From contig NIVC01000198.1 in NCBI GenBank assembly GCA_002269645.1, positions 1-63,040 on the forward strand: a stretch of DNA of 63,040 nt. Reading direction: 5' to 3'. The DNA is from Macrostomum lignano (Eukaryota). Made by a program: the position numbers and the translations under genes. Below the pieces are notes generated by a model. It saw only the letters and a list, made by a program, of their open reading frames with translations, was not told where the DNA came from and did no database searches. Shown one piece after another: positions 1-56,004 of the stretch (position 1 is the stretch's first letter; every line of letters begins with the position of its first letter).

Positions 1-45
1 ATCACAGTCTCGACGACAGGGCTGTGGTGCACTTCGTTGACGGGG
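1..45 (+). CDS. Fasciclin gene exon (partial), HSLDDRAVVHFVDG
   Basis: Frame 3 gives a FAS1 H2-like motif; donor GTGAGT at 46. Confidence 0.65.
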
Positions 46-3000
46 GTGAGTGTAAAGCGGTGGGATGAAATACCGTCTACGAGCATCACAAGAGGGAAGT
101 AATGAGTCTGTAGAATGAGACAGCCACTGCCGTAACCGCCCAGTTTGTTTTCCCCAGCCGAAAGTCGCTGGCCGAGCTGCTCAGAGAGCGGTACGCTTAC
201 TTCTGGTCCGACATTCCCGCTGGCCTGCAAGCCAGGCTGGTGACGCCAACTGCGGCCGCTGTACACCGTGCTGGTGCCCACCCAGAGCGCCTGGACCGCC
301 GCCAAGACGAAGGCCGGCTCGAACGCTAAGATTCAGGAGAAGCTGCTCCGCGAGCACATCCTGCCCAGCTGGTCTGCTCGTCGGCCGTCTGCCAGGACTC
401 GCAGCGCAGCAAGAATTTGAACGGCGAGAACGTCATCCTGGCCTGCGAAGGCGAGGGTCGCGTCTACGCGCAGAGGTCGCACGAGTTCGGCGTCAGCAGC
501 GAGAAGGCCTACCTGCAGGCCGGAGCCGACGGAGAGGTCGACCAGATGGCCAGCAACGGAGTGGTGCACAAGACCGACAAGGCCCTGCTGCACAGCTCCG
601 GTGCGTGCCTGGAAGATACAGAGCCCGACAGAAAGACTGAGATTAAGAATCCCTGCAAACTTACTTGATGTGCGATCCCCCTGAATTGCAGCAACCTCCT
701 ATCGCGACATCGCCTGGCCAGACTCCGTGCCGGACTCCTGCATCTCGCTGGACCCGGCAAGCAGTACATCTTCCTGATACCGCGGAAACAGCCTGGCAGC
801 GTATGTGCGCGTTGTCTCATTCCACTCTGACACTCTGGTGCATTTTCCTATTTTGTTAACTCTCACAGTCAGCAGCTCAGCAACACGAGGATGTCACCGT
901 TTAGTTTGTTTGATACTTTTTCGGTTTTGGTCCACGGTAGCTACATGAACTGTACTGGGCGTAATTAGGCTGGTGTTAAAGTCCAAAGTCCGGGGGTTAA
1001 ACTCTAATGATGGGAGTCAAATGATGAAATACCGAGTGCACGCCTGTCTCCGCCGGTAAGTGTACCTGCAGCGTCAGCAGCAGCACCGCCTGTGGAACAG
1101 TATAGACCCAGCGTGAATGACGTAACCTACCAATGAGAGTCGTCGTCGGCGAGAGAGTCGGCGAGAGAGTCGCCGACGGCGCCGGCGGCGAATAGACATC
1201 GAAACAACCGAAGGCGCATCACGAAACCGAAACCCTTCAGGTTTCAAAACTCAGGACACCACAATCAGCCCGGAGGAGTCGATGAAGAAGTTCAGCGACT
1301 GGTACACCGCGGACGCCGCCTACCGCTGTCTAGTGCGCCAGTACCACGTGCTCGAGGCCGAGCCGGGGCAGACTTCACTGGACAATCTGTGGTCGCAGTT
1401 CAACCCGGCCAGCTGGCCGAGAGGACGCCAGCCCGGCTCCTATCGGACGCTGGCCAGGTGGGCCGCCGGTCGGACGCTGACGCGACGAGGCGCAACAGCT
1501 ACGGCTACCTGCAGAACCAGCTGCACTTCCAGAAGGGCGACAACGGGCCAAGGGTTTGTGAATAGTTTATAGAATTTTTTTATTTCGCTTCAAAATTCAT
1601 TTATCATACTGAAACTGGATGCCCAGTGTCCACCATCGCGCCATTGGTGTGTAAAGGTGCTGATGTCTGCGTGATTTCAAAAATCCAACTCGAGGTCCAT
1701 TCTAGAACTATATAACTTTTGATATTTCCCGGGCTAAAACTACTAATAGTAACGTAAATTCATGTCTGAATTTTCGTCCTATCTTACGGGTTCCCATGTC
1801 GCAGAAATCCATCTCGACAACCTTGATCTCTTGAGTTCTCGACAATGCCTGTCGTAAGTACTGTAGTGTCAGACAGTCTTACGCCCGAGCACTGTAACCT
1901 GATTGCAGCTTCACTACCAGTTTGCTCCCGTGCGAAACGCCAACGGCTTTGCGCTGAAAGAGGGCCACGGCTACATGGTAGACTGGGTCAACGTCCCGCC
2001 GCACGAGAGCTCGACTGACTTTTTCAAACGCCGACCGGATCTCAGCAAGCACCTTGACCTAGTTAATGAGGAGAGAGAGTTGGCTACCGGTGAAGGTAGG
2101 CAGGCCCTGTACAATGGTGAGGGCTCGGTGCAGCTCATCATTGTGTCCAAGGACGCCTGGTACAACAAAGGCATAAGCTCAACGCTGAGAAGAGTGGACA
2201 CCGTCCATGATCTTATAAAAAACAACTGGAATTTGACGGATGTAAGAACTCATTATTCTTATAGTTTCCATTTTATCCAATGCCTGGCATGATCCTGAAC
2301 AAACTTTTACTCCAGTTCCTCTTGCTCAACTGGGGCAACCTGCAATACTGGCTTGGCGACCTGGGCTACCTGGCCAAGGGCGAGAAAGTGTTCATACAGA
2401 GCGGCCACCCCGACGTGCTGATTGGCGTCTACCGGCATTTGCAAACTGGCAAGTTCTACGTGTGGAACGAGATGAAGACGGCCGAGCCGGAGAGTCTGCA
2501 GTCTGTGCAGTCTCGCTGGGTAAGCGCATGGGCCAAGGGTTGGCAAACTTTTTACCTCGATGTCCAGATAGAGAAACCAGCGCATGACTACGGGCCAGAG
2601 GGGGAAGAGGAGAGAGAAGAGAGATAGAAGAAGAGAGAATAAATAAGAGGAGGTGAAGAAATCGAAGAGGGGAGAGGAGTGAAGGGAGAGCAGAAGAGAG
2701 GACAGAAGAGAAGGAAAGCAGAGAGGAGATAGATGATTAGAGAGTAGGGAGCTGAGAAGAGACACAAACCCTGAGCGGGCCGGATTTCTATTCTGAAGTT
2801 TCAAAGGACCTCTCTTGGATAGAGAGGCTTTGTGGGCCGCATGTTGCCGACCCCTGGCATAGGCTGAGATGAGCCAATGCTGACTAATCCATGACAGAGA
2901 GAGCGTGGATCTTTCTCCATTAACTACAGACACCTGGACAGCAGACAGAGATCAAGCTTGCCTATATTGGAAGCAAAATGTAGGCATCCACACAGAGAAA

Positions 3001-3749
3001 GAGAGACGCAGAGAGCGGACAGGCAACAGTTCAGCGGTTTTCAGACTAATAAATCTATTAATTTTTGCCTCATGGGAAGAGGAAGGTTGATGACAAACGT
3101 CTGTTAAAAATGTATGAGTAATAGGAAGAAGGTTACAGAATTTTCTAGAGTTTCTTAGAAAGGTCCTGTGTAACCTCAGAACAAAATTCAGTGTATTTTT
3201 GGTTGATGTTGCAGATGAATTGACTTGCAAGACTACGAGTAGGACTTTCTTCTACTAAGAGACAGTGCTTTCCTGTGTATTCTTATGCTTTGAAATCGGT
3301 TCCAGAAGTACATGCACTTTCGCTTGCCTTTTTTCCAGTCTCATTATCGTTTCACGACTCCACCATAACTTGATTCGGTCAACCCACAGCAAGAAATCGT
3401 TGAGTACAATCACTTCAAGACGGACGCGGTCATCTGGATAGTAAACACGCCGTTCCAGTGCAGCCGCCGCCTGTGCAAGTGGAACACCAACAAGGGCAAG
3501 GTGAACCTGCCCTGGACCTTCGCTGCCGCCTGCGGCGATTTTGTTACGCTAGACAGTCCGGCCACAGAGCCGCTGAAGCAGCTCTTCAGAGCGGCTGGCG
3601 GCAACCTCGGGTTGGAACAGCAGGTGAACGTCACGACCGAGGTGCGGACAGGCAGGAACAAGGGCGACAATCAGGTCGTGTCCTGCTACGCAGTCGGCAT
3701 GGTGGCAGCCAAAACCATTGTGTTCGAAGGAGATGACGATCAAGTTTGA
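1..3749 (+). CDS. Multi-FAS1 (fasciclin) domain protein, periostin/TGFBI/schistosome gynecophoral-canal-protein-like; 5' part outside window; frame disrupted as assembled
   Basis: Exons <1-45, 144-600, 692-800, 1241-1553, 1909-2241, 2316-2519, 3339-3749 with GT-AG introns. FAS1 H1-like motifs YTVLVPTQSAW and QYIFLIPR(KTAW); H2-like motifs AVVHFVDG, DQMASNGVVHKTDKAL, GHGYMVDWVNVPP, DAVIWIVNTP. Stop TGA 3747-3749. Confidence 0.8.
144..600 (+). CDS. Fasciclin gene exon containing one FAS1 domain, two frameshifts
   Basis: RKSLAELLRERYAYF / LRPLYTVLVPTQSAW..LLREHILP / VCSSAVC..NGVVHKTDKALLHSS. Acceptor CAG at 141-143 (alternative 155-157); donor GTGCGT at 601. Confidence 0.75.
692..800 (+). CDS. 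Fasciclin gene exon, two frameshifts
   Basis: TTGCAG acceptor; TSYRDIAWPDSVPDSCISLDP / GKQYIFLIPRK / TAWQ; donor GTATGT at 801. Confidence 0.6.
1241..1553 (+). CDS. Fasciclin gene exon, one frameshift near 1452
   Basis: CCTTCAG acceptor; FKTQDTTISPEESMKKFSDWY..YRTL / GQVGRRSDADATRRNSYGYLQNQLHFQKGDNGPR; donor GT at 1554. Confidence 0.7.
1909..2241 (+). CDS. Fasciclin gene exon
   Basis: TTGCAG acceptor, open frame LHYQFAPVRNANGFALKEGHGYMVD..NWNLTD, donor GTAAGA at 2242. Confidence 0.8.
2316..2519 (+). CDS. Fasciclin gene exon
   Basis: CTCCAG acceptor, FLLLNWGNLQYWLGD..SVQSRW, donor GTAAGC at 2520. Confidence 0.8.
2534..2856 (+). mobile_element. Non-autonomous hAT MITE (family A, purine-rich core)
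   Basis: Ends CAAGGGTTGGCAAAC / GTTGCCGACCCCTG; 8-bp TSD GCATGGGC/GCATAGGC. Confidence 0.75.
3339..3749 (+). CDS. Fasciclin gene last coding exon
   Basis: TTTTCCAG acceptor; DSVNPQQEIVEYNHFKTDAVIWIVNTPFQC..GDDDQV*. As assembled there is an in-frame TAA at 3366-3368. Confidence 0.7.
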
Positions 3750-3875
3750 GCTTATAGCAGTGCAAGGCTAACTAAAGTAGATGGAACTCGTCGAAAATCC
3801 TGCAAATTTCCCTAGAGGCAGGTAGTATTCACGATTTTTTACAATATCTCAACTTCTGTGGAGTTGCAAACTGCA

Positions 3876-3881
3876 AATAAA
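3876..3881 (+). promoter_or_regulatory. Candidate polyadenylation signal of the fasciclin gene
   Basis: AATAAA about 130 bp after the stop codon. Confidence 0.35.
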
Positions 3882-3939
3882 GCAAATGCATGCTTTGTGC
3901 GAGAGAAAATTTCAGCATTCTTTTTAAGCCAATGTAGCG

Positions 3940-4386
3940 CAAATATACTAAAATAACTAAGATAGGCCACTCAGACATATATACTTAGTAAAACAGCTTT
4001 CTACTTACAGTTCAGTAGCAAAGAAGAACACATAAGCTATTTTATACAAATAAAAACAGCTGAACTGACTTTGATAAGTTTAGAAGCCGTAAATAACTTG
4101 CTAATTGGTTCAGCAATAATGTACATTAGCCAGTCCCTGAAATGTACATGGTAGCTTTGGACTGGAATTCCGAAAGGCAATAAAGATTGGAGCGGGGCGG
4201 GGGAGTAGTGTGGAAAGGCGCGGTTGGAGGGTTTAAGCTGGGGTAGGGGAGGGGGGTGGCTAAGAGCCAATAAATTAGCCTTGAGTTTAAAAATACGCAA
4301 AAATGCTTGCTTAACTTGCTACTGAACTGAAAGTAGTTTACACGCAAATGTGCTGAGTGGCCCATCCAGTTATTCTAGTATCTGTG
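3940..4386 (+). mobile_element. About 445-bp TIR MITE (family B), copy 1
   Basis: Highly similar to 9841-10284; right end GTTATTCTAGTATCTGTG; left TIR degraded. Confidence 0.7.
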
Positions 4387-5151
4387 ATGGAGTCCAGGAG
4401 CAAGCAGTTTTATCCTTAGTGAGAGAGAAGCGATCTATTAAAAAGAGAAGAAGGTAAATAGCATGACCTTTTTGCCCGACAGGCCAATAACCAGTGCCCT
4501 TTAACGCCATAGACTATTAACACCCGCTAATGTCGAATTTGCGGGCAAATAATGTTCTTTTGACCATAGACAGTTTGTTGTTTCTGTTTCTTGCTCTCTA
4601 CGCTGCCCGACTCTGCCCCCTAACACCCCCACCCTTGCTATGAAAGTGTAGCCTGAGCAAATATGTTTATGGTAGCTCGTATATTAGCTTGATTCTCTCA
4701 CTTAGGATTTAACTGCTTGCTAATCAGTTGGCTTGTAAAAAATACAACAGTGTTCTGTTAACGGATTTCGCAGCAAAGATTAGCCTTCTGCGCAGCGTTA
4801 AACCAGAGGTTTTACCATAGACAAAACTCATGCACTTGTTTCATTCGCAAACTCAGAAGCTGAAAATGTGAGATTAGATGTGCTATCTTGCTAATGCATA
4901 GACTTCTATCCTAGTTTCTAGCAGTATTTTAACCAATGATTCAAGTTTCCTTAGATCTGAAACAAATCCAATTTCAATTATCTTTCTTACGTCTAATCCA
5001 TATTTACTAGCTAGATAAAAACTATTAGATGCTACACTGCTGTGCAAGGATTGACACCTATATTTGAATTATTCTGTCTGATATTTGCAAACATTTTTCT
5101 TTCAAGTATTTTCTGTTTTGGGTAAACAACAAGCGGATTCAGGAATTATTG

Positions 5152-5806
5152 GATGAGATCAGGGCGATGGGATCAAAGCGATGGGATCAGAGTGATGGGA
5201 TCAGAGTGATGGGATCAGAGTGACGGGATCAGAGTGATGAGGTCAGATTGATGGGATCAGAGTGATGGGATCAGCGTGATGGGGTCAGAGTGATGAGGTC
5301 AGAGTGATAGGATCAGAGTGATGGGATCAGAGTGACGGGATCAGAGTGATGAGGTCAGAGTGATGGGATCAGAGTGATAGGATCAGAGTGATGGGGTCAG
5401 AGTGATGGGATCAGAGTGATGGGATCAGAGTGATGGGGTCAGAGTGATGGGATCAGAGTGATGGGATCAGAGTGACGGGATCAGAGTGATGAGGTCAGAG
5501 TGATGGGATCAGAGTGACGGGATCAGAGTGATGGGATCAGAGTGACGGGATCAGAGTGATGAGGTCAGAGTGATGGGATCAGAGTGACGGGATCAGAGTG
5601 ATGAGGTCAGATTGATGGGATCAGAGTGACGGGATCAGAGTGATGAGGTCAGATTGATGGGATCAGAGTGATGGGGTCAGAGTGATGGGGTCAGAGTGAT
5701 GGGATCAGAGTGATAGGATCAGAGTGACGGGATCAGAGTGACGAGGTCACAGTGATGGGATCAGAGTGACGGGATCAGAGTGATGAGGTCACAGTGATGG
5801 GATCAG
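5152..5806. repeat. Minisatellite, 14-bp unit GATGGGATCAGAGT
   Basis: About 46 tandem copies. Confidence 0.95.
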
Positions 5807-7290
5807 AAGAGTGGGCTACAGAAGCCTCAGAAAGCAGGTCCAAACGAAAAAGCAACAAGAGCTCAGACGCGGCAGTGGCTGCCAGTATATCTCAGGCCAG
5901 AGGAGAAGGGCAGGAAAAGATTTCAAAGGCGGGACAGAAGCAGGTCCCGCCGCGCGCGGCAGTGCAGTGTGTGCTGAATTTTATTTTCAGTTCTGTTTCA
6001 CCTATAAAACTCTATAGTAGCGCAAAGCTAAAAGAGGCGCCGCAGCAGGCAACAGCGCCGCAGGAGAGAATTTGGGAAGATGTGCGCTCCGGCCTTGCTT
6101 TATGCTTAGTCAAAGACACGGACAAGGAAACAAACGAACAAAAAGCAAAAGTGTTGCCAAAAAACACAAACAGAGAGAGAAAACCACAGCGGACAAAATG
6201 GGAAGTAGAAGGCGGAGTCGAGCTCCGCAGCAGCCCAGCGCAGGTCTGCATGTACAAAATAGGCCTGTTCGCAGTGCGAGCCGAATCTGGCTGGGCTGGC
6301 GGGGGCGGGCGGCGGCAGAAAAAAGCAGCACAAGAAAAGCAAAGTAGAAGAGAAAAAAACGGAACACGCACGCAAAAAACCGCAAAAAACTCGGTGGGGG
6401 GAGGGGGGCGGCATGGGTGACAGAAAATTGAGGCAAAATTCACGGATTTCATTTCTTCTTCTTGAAAAAGAGACCTCCTGCGCCGGACATTACGAGCTAG
6501 TTTTTGAAAAAGCACTGGCGACAGACATGAAGCGAAAACAAATTGCTGAATAAAAGCGAGGGACTGAATGCCAAAATGGAGGCTTAAATTAAAAAAAATT
6601 GGAATATAGCCGACTTTGTTCAACACACAGTACTAGCAATAGTATTTAATGGCTCTGCAAAAGAAGACTTCGGGGTCAAGGTAGAAATCAAATTGTTGTT
6701 GAGCGCAGACAACAGCGGTCAGAAATCAATTTACAAGCAGAAATTTTCACCAAAAACCGCTTTTTTTGATTTTGAATATTCACGCCGCCTTACTGCCGGT
6801 CTCTGCTAGGCCCAAGTTCAATGCCCGGGGTAGTTCCGCCGACAAATGAAAAAATAGAGGGGAGCGAGACAGACAGAACAGAAAAAAAACAGACAACGGC
6901 AGCGCGCATTGGAACAGCTGAGGAGAAGCATAGCGGGGGCGGAACCTTTCTAAAGCGCAATTTACAGACAATATTGAACTTCTTGACTGGCTGTCAAAGA
7001 GAGTGCGTGTGCAACAGAGAGGCACAACATCAAAGAGAGAGACAGAGAAAAAAACGCACAAGCACACAAAAAAGCAGAAAGAAAAAATCTCATCAAATGA
7101 CACCGACAAACAAAATTTTGTTTAAACGCGCCACAACAGCAAAAAATGTGTCTCTGTCTGTCCTGTCCTGTCCGATGGGAGCGAGAATACAGTTAGGCGT
7201 TCGGAGGGCTGAGAAGGAAGAGGAAGAGGAGGTGTGGGCTGAGAAGGAGACGGAGTCGCGCATGTCACTGCCGGAGCTCGGAGCGGCGGC

Positions 7291-50598
<43,308 letters not shown>

Positions 50599-50947
50599 AA
50601 TTACCACTGATAAAAACTGTTCACTCTTCTTCTTTGCTGCTAAAAACTTATCCTTCCGATTTTGTTAATAATAAAAATGATAAAGTTAAATCAATATATC
50701 AAGGCTTTGAATGATTTCTTGCCGCAGTAAATGACAATCAAATTGACTAATTATGAGATGCAGTTAAAAAATATAAAATTGTCAACTAAAAATGTAAGTA
50801 CCTGAGAATAAAAGAATATATATTTCGAATTTGTCTTTAGTCTGTTTATTAATTTAATAAAAATTCTTTGTAAACTGCCGCTGTTGAGTTGGATGACTGG
50901 GTCAAGTTGACGGGCGGCTCTGCTGCTGAAATTCGATAAATGGACAA

Positions 50948-51970
50948 CTTTTGAGCAATTGGTGGATAAGCTTTGAGCTGCGAGTGGGTAGATTTTGAGC
51001 AATTGGTGGATAAGCTTTGAGCTGCGAGTGAGTAGATTTTGAGCAATTGGTGGATAAGCTTTGAGATGCGAGTGAGTAGATTTTGAGCAACTGGTGGATA
51101 TAACCTTTGAGATGCGAGTGAGTAGATTTTGAGCAACTGGTGGATATAACCTTTGAGATGCGAGTGAGTAGATTTTGAGCAACTGGCGGATAACCTTTGA
51201 GATGCGAGTGAGTAGATTTTGAGCAACTGGCGGATAACCTTTGAGCTGCGAGTGAGTAGATTTTGAGCAACTGGCGGATAACCTTTGAGCTGCGAGTGAG
51301 TAGATTTTGAGCAACTGGTGGATATAACCTTTGAGATGCGAGTGAGTAGATTTTGAGCAACTGGTGGATATAACCTTTGAGATGCGAGTGAGTAGATTTT
51401 GAGCAACTGGTGGATATAACCTTTGAGATGCGAGTGAGTAGATTTTGAGCAACTGGCGGATAACCTTTGAGATGCGAGTGAGTAGATTTTGAGCAACTGG
51501 CGGATAACCTTTGAGCTGCGAGTGAGTAGATTTTGAGCAACTGGCGGATAACCTTTGAGATGCGAGTGAGTAGATTTTTAGCAACTGGTGGATATAACCT
51601 TTGAGATGCGAGTGAGTAGATTTTGAGCAACTGGCGGATAACCTTTGAGCTGCGAGTGAGTAGATTTTGAGCAACTGGTGGATATAACCTTTGAGATGCG
51701 AGTGAGTTGATTTTGAGCAACTGGTGGATATAACCTTTGAGATGCGAGTGAGTAGATTTTGAGCAACTGGTGGATATAACCTTTGAGATGCGAGTGAGTA
51801 GATTTTGAGCAACTGGCGGATAACCTTTGAGATGCGAGTGAGTAGATTTTGAGCAACTGGTGGATATAACCTTTGAGATGCGAGTGAGTAGATTTTGAGC
51901 AACTAGTAGACAAGATTTGAGCGTGAATGAGTACATTTTGAGCAACTGGTGGAGAGTGAGTAGATTTTGA
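50948..51970. repeat. Minisatellite, 44/46-bp unit GATTTTGAGCAACTGG(T/C)GGA(TA)TAACCTTTGAG(A)TGCGAGTGAGTA
   Basis: About 22 copies, alternating length variants. Confidence 0.95.
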
Positions 51971-52295
51971 TTAGAGCGGTAACAAGCATCATTACTACAT
52001 TAGCCAGTAGGCAGTCTATACCAAGAACATCTAGCCACAGTCGCACCCCGACTGCCTGATCTCTGTAATCGAATTCGTACACACACAGTCTGAGACTGGC
52101 TAAACATGGCTAATCATAACTAATTTTAACAAGCTAAACTACTGATTTCGGAGTCCGAGACAGAAGCGGCGCAATAAATAAAAGGGCTAGAAAAAATAAA
52201 AGAAGCGCAGAGAAAATAGACACAAGTTTTTCTCTCGCGCACGTAGGCGTAAAAAGAACACCGCAGCGCGCCCAACAGCAAGAAGGTCACAAGCG

Positions 52296-52398
<103 letters not shown>

Positions 52399-53334
52399 AG
52401 GAAAAGGAATTTCTGAATAAAATAAAAAAGGCAAAATGGCTTGTTGGACACGCGCGAGCATATGGCCAGCAATGACGGCGGCAAACCTAGGTTATACATA
52501 ACACACCATACCGAGACTGCCCAGAGGGGGGGGGGGCTTTCTAATTCTCCAGTCGCCAGCCACTGTCGAATTTCGCACTCGCTTAACTAACTATAAGGAT
52601 AGAGGCGGGAAAATCTAAAAATAGCATCAACACAAGGATTTAGATTCGGAGAGAGAGGGAGAGAGAGAGAATGGGCCCGCTTTACACGCTGTAGCTTAGG
52701 CTTAGCTGGACCCTAATGCATCGCGCCCCGCCTATGCATACATATATGACTTCCTCTACTCCTATGCTCGAGAGTGACATCAGTGACAGCATCGTAATGG
52801 GGGCAGAAGGGAAATGAGACAGAGCTTTGGGTGGAAGCTTAAAACAGCACGGCATGGATGAGGAGAGTGTGGAGAATACGAAATGGATGCTGCATACAGA
52901 CAAAAACGACAGGATTTATGCTGATGTGCTCAAGTGCTGATATATGATACTTATTTGTGCAAACAGATATAGTAATATTAGGCAGAAAATATGCCAAGAA
53001 ATGGATCACTCAGCAATTGAATTAAATAAAATGATTGGAAATATTATGCAGAGCAATAGATCAGCAAATTCAATGCATATTATTTGCATAACAATTAAAT
53101 TCTTACTTCTACCATATATTATAGTCAATTATATATCTTGCATTTTATAAAATTCTAAGAGTAATAAGAATCAGTATAATAATTAAAAAGCTTGATTAAA
53201 ATCTAAAAAAACTAGAGCAATAAAGGCTTATTTGTAAACAAACTATCTATACATTGAAATGGTTGATTATTAATAAGCATACTAACAATCAGTGTCCCCA
53301 TTGAAGGGGCAAAAAAGAATGCAATAAGAATTTT

Positions 53335-53510
53335 CTGACCTTTTAGCAATTCCCTCTATCAGTCTCGACAGCTTAGCAATTCTCCCTATAAGCCTTGATA
53401 TCTTAGCAATTTCCCTACAAGCCATATATATGTAGTGTAGGGCAATTGTTTCTGTAAGCCTTGATATTTCAGCAATTCCCCTTGTAAGACCTGATATCTC
53501 AGCCATCTTG
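53335..53510. repeat. Degenerate tandem repeat, about 28-bp unit
   Basis: CTTAGCAATT..CCT..AAGCCTTGATA recurring. Confidence 0.7.
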
Positions 53511-53519
53511 ACATGATGC

Positions 53520-53710
53520 TTCCTTTATTCTAACAGGATACTTCTTTGATATTTTACATGATAAAATTAATATTTTTTAATATTTAATCCCTTAACTATT
53601 GAACAATTTCTTAGCCACAATATATACTATCATAGGAAATTTTCTGATCAAATGGTGTTAGCTTTATGAAAAAAATTGGTTGGACCATTCTTTTCTAGAA
53701 TTATTTATAT
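53520..53710 (-). mobile_element. Family C repeat, reverse copy
   Basis: Shares GGCTAAGAAATTG..AAGGGATTAAATA and CCATT.GATCAGAAA blocks with 37660-37780. Confidence 0.45.
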
Positions 53711-53989
53711 ATGTATCTATCTACCTAGAAACAAATCATTTTTAGTATTGAAAAAGAAAACATTTAAGCAATATTTTACTTCTAATCTATTACAAATCAG
53801 AATAAAAATATAGACATTTATATAGTCAGTCAATTTTATTTTACTTTTTAGCAAGTAAAATAAAGCAAGAGAATAAGCTGGCTAGTATCCTTACAAAAGT
53901 TGGCAGCCTCTAGCACTTCTTGGGCCCAAATATATTGTCTCAATTCCTAGCTATATTATTTGCTCACATATTAAAATGTGGATCAGAAC

Positions 53990-54924
53990 CAGTGTTGCCA
54001 CTCACACATTAGAGAAAAAAATTGCAGGCTTATAAAAAATTGCCAAATCCTTAGATTTCATAGCACCCATAGTTCCAGCAGAGTTAGTGGACCTCATAGT
54101 GAATAGGCATACCTATATATATCAGCTGGTCCAGCTTAGCCAGTGGAATTACATTAGGAAGGTTCTTTGCTACAAACTAGACCTTCTTTGCTCTAATACA
54201 AGTAAAAGATGATATGTCCAGAAATATCAGGCTATGGAGCATTCTAGATTGAAATGGCAGGTTCTTCTATAGGTAGGTTGCAAGACCTTGAAGACAAAAA
54301 GCTAAGGCTTGGCACTTGGACCCTCACCCAGCAACTCTTTGGTATTAAACTGATACCAATTTTTTTCAATGGAAGGTGGACAATAGCACTCTAGAAGTTG
54401 ATTTAGTGCATATAATTCTTAGCCAGCATAGACTGCTGCACAAATTATATAGCAATGGACTCAACAGTTGAATGTTCTGCTTGTGGATTTCATGAATGAG
54501 CAGTGTTGTCTTGCTGTAGAAGGCGCAGAACATAGATGGCAAAACTAATTGCCAATCAAGTCATAATGTTCTGTAGAGCTTTGCCAATGCGCTGGATCTG
54601 AGCATTGGATGCAGCTAGAGCATTGCGAGTATCTCAGCCAAGCTGTTTTACAAAGTATATCAGCACACTCCATTGCTGCTGGAGTTGCTTGAGGCAGGGC
54701 AACAGCACCAATCAGTGCATTGGCACATTATGGAGGAATTTAAGTGTGACCATATTCAGTACCTCTTGAAGGGCTTTGAACTCCTTTGTCCTCTTTGGGC
54801 CCTTGGAAAATGCTTCTATGCTTCTATAAGTCACTGTCATTTAGTTTATATTTAAATGAAAGTTATATAGCACAGGAGTAAAAATCAATCTCAACAAATA
54901 AAATTTGCAAGAGTGGCAACACTG
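53990..54924 (-). mobile_element. Decayed internally deleted hAT transposon with transposase remnant
   Basis: 14-bp TIR CAGTGTTGCCACTC; 8-bp TSD ATCAGAAC/ATCACCAC. Minus strand reads FSKGPKRTKEFKALQEVL..LKFLHNVPMH*LVLLPCLKQLQQQWSVLIYF, resembling the hAT ..TRW.. region, with many stops. Confidence 0.7.
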
Positions 54925-55509
54925 ATCACCACCTAGCATTGCTCAACTTTGGCACTTGGCACTATCCTTCAGCTTAGCCCTTTTATTAGCTTTAGAAGCT
55001 TCTCTGTCACCTTTTATAAAGAAACATCCAGGCTGCCACTGTATCTTAGGAATAGGTTCTATGACCTTCCTAGGTGGTACCAACCTTTCATCTATAGCAA
55101 TGCTTTGGCTATTCAAAGATTACCAAAATGGGCATCTATGCATTCCCAATATGCCTCTCAAAGACAGACTTGGAACTAAGTCAATTAAGTTGAAACCTTA
55201 AAATTTGATTAAATACATTCTGAGATAAGTATTTAAGGCCTAAATAGTAACAAACTAGCAATCTAGTGCCCTCTTTGGGTTGCCCAATAAGCAAGGAGCA
55301 AAACTTTTTCATGGAAAAAAATTAAACAGCTGTTTTTGTAAGAACCAATTCCTTCTTAAGTTTAAAAAATCACCTTATTCAAGTAAAATTGTCATGGGCA
55401 GATGTTTGCTATGAATCTCTTTTTTTCTAAAAATTAACAAAGAAAACAAAATAAAGCTTTCACAAAGATAACAGACATTCCCCCTATATAGAAAACAAAT
55501 AACCAAGAA

Positions 55510-55900
55510 AGCAAGCATCTGCCTAGATAGCAAGCATCCTCCCAGATAACAAGTATCTCCCAGATAGCAAGAACCCCCCTTCCAAGAGTGAGCAACTGCA
55601 GATAGCAAGCATCCCTGATAGCAAGCATCCCTGATAGCAAGCATCCCTGATAGCAAGCATCCACCCAGATAGCAAGCATCCCCAGATAGCCAGCATCCCC
55701 CAGATAGCAAGCATCCCCCAGATAGCAAGTATCCCTGGATAGAAAGAATCCTTTACATGTAGATGCACATAGCTAGTACCCCTCTCTCTCTCAAATAGCA
55801 AGTATGCCCCCTCGAGAGCAAGCATCCCCAATAGTAAGCATACTCCCCCCCAAATACAATAGCAAGCATCTTCCAGATAGCAAGCATTCATCAGACAGCA
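55510..55900. repeat. Degenerate tandem repeat, about 17-bp unit AGATAGCAAGCATCCCC
   Basis: Direct reading. Confidence 0.8.
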
Positions 55901-56004
55901 AATAGCTAGTGCAAATATTTCCTCCACTAAATTCAATAATCACTTTCTTAGGTAGTGGAATAATCCATGTCTCAGCCCGCACAATAATCCTCTTCATATC
56001 TAGT

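Noticed and set aside
1083-1200. TGACGTAA and CCAAT motifs with GC hairpin in a fasciclin intron
   Set aside because: Short motifs with no independent support for a promoter.
3366-3368. In-frame TAA as programmed readthrough or alternative genetic code
   Set aside because: Standard stops terminate other ORFs, and the gene has many nearby indels, so compensating frameshift errors are simpler.
50751-51945. Long ORFs of 383, 347 and 215 aa (-)
   Set aside because: Artefacts of the 44/46-bp minisatellite.
55060-55120. SIAIDERLVP (-) resembling a piggyBac catalytic motif
   Set aside because: No supporting upstream or downstream motifs, TTAA ends or TIRs recognised.
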